DNA of 64,000 nt. Origin: a virus. Taxonomy: Duplodnaviria > Caudoviricetes. A program made the position numbers and the translations under genes. The stretch covers positions 32,001-96,000 of IMG/VR virus record IMGVR_UViG_2885028616_000003; one strand, given 5' to 3'. This document shows, in pieces, positions 63,622 to 64,000 of this stretch. A model generated the notes under the pieces. That model was not told the origin of the DNA. It did not search any database and worked only from the letters and a program-made list of their open reading frames with translations. Each line of letters begins with the position of its first letter. Position 1 is the stretch's first letter.

Positions 63622-64000
63622 GCCCCCTGCTCTCGCGTGGGGGCCTGCGGTTCCGGCGTCTTCGGCGGGACCGACGGCGTTCCGGTATCGGTGGGCGGGG
63701 TACTCGGCCCGGACGGGCGCCCCGTTGGCGACGGAGACTGCGACGGGCTCGCCGACGATGGCGACGGTGACCGCGTGGGGGCCGTCTTCTTCGTGCGGGT
63801 CGGGCGGGGATGCACCACCGGCGCCGGACGCTTCACCTGCGGGGTGCGGGTCCGGGTCGGCGCGGGGGCGGCGGGCGGAGCGTCCAGGGTCCGCGTCGGC
63901 TCCTCGGACACCTCGGCCGCCGGCGGTCGGGCCGGTGGGTCGGCTCCGGCGGGCGCACCGGCGAGGTATCCGCCGGCCAGCGCGGCCGCGGCCGCGGCGG
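63618..64000 (-). CDS. Pro/Thr-rich protein, 5' end outside the window
   Basis: Frame open to the window edge. Confidence 0.55.
   Translation of the reverse strand, partial: AAAAAALAGGYLAGAPAGADPPARPPAAEVSEEPTRTLDAPPAAPAPTRTRTPQVKRPAPVVHPRPTRTKKTAPTRSPSPSSASPSQSPSPTGRPSGPSTPPTDTGTPSVPPKTPEPQAPTREQGA

Larger units (their letters stand above)
4300..64000 (-). mobile_element. Siphovirus-type actinobacterial prophage (left boundary uncertain, continues to the right)
   Basis: Complete head-tail-lysis synteny plus replication and early genes. Confidence 0.92.

Noticed and set aside
1-64000. Integrase, tRNA/rRNA genes, IS transposases, reverse transcriptase/DGR
   Set aside because: No recognisable motifs were found by eye. 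The integration module probably lies outside the window.

Overview
A high-GC actinobacterial sequence (host probably Streptosporangiales-like, an inference) that is almost entirely one siphovirus-type prophage, read mainly on the minus strand. From right to left it holds: early/middle genes (64000-59100); a replication module with four palindromic iterons and two DnaA boxes (about 56880-57490); many small middle genes, including an RNA-ligase-like gene, DUF6221 and a displaced TerS-like gene; an accessory block at about 36-46 kb (two HEPN-like genes, a lipoprotein, a DUF932 operon, and a divergent pair with duplicated promoters); terminase, portal, head and tail genes (35.7-8 kb); lysis genes (8-5.7 kb); and HTH/SOS/TPR-regulator genes at the left edge. 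No integrase, att site, tRNA or canonical CRISPR array is visible. The standout is a solo Cas7/RAMP-like gene (59115-59831, minus strand) abutting a roughly 1-kb non-coding array of 24 units with the grammar GTCG-N4-(GGYNN)n. This looks like a phage-encoded RNA-guided system whose variable information sits in dinucleotides on a 5-nt period rather than in contiguous spacers. All family assignments come from recognising motifs by eye; no searches were run.
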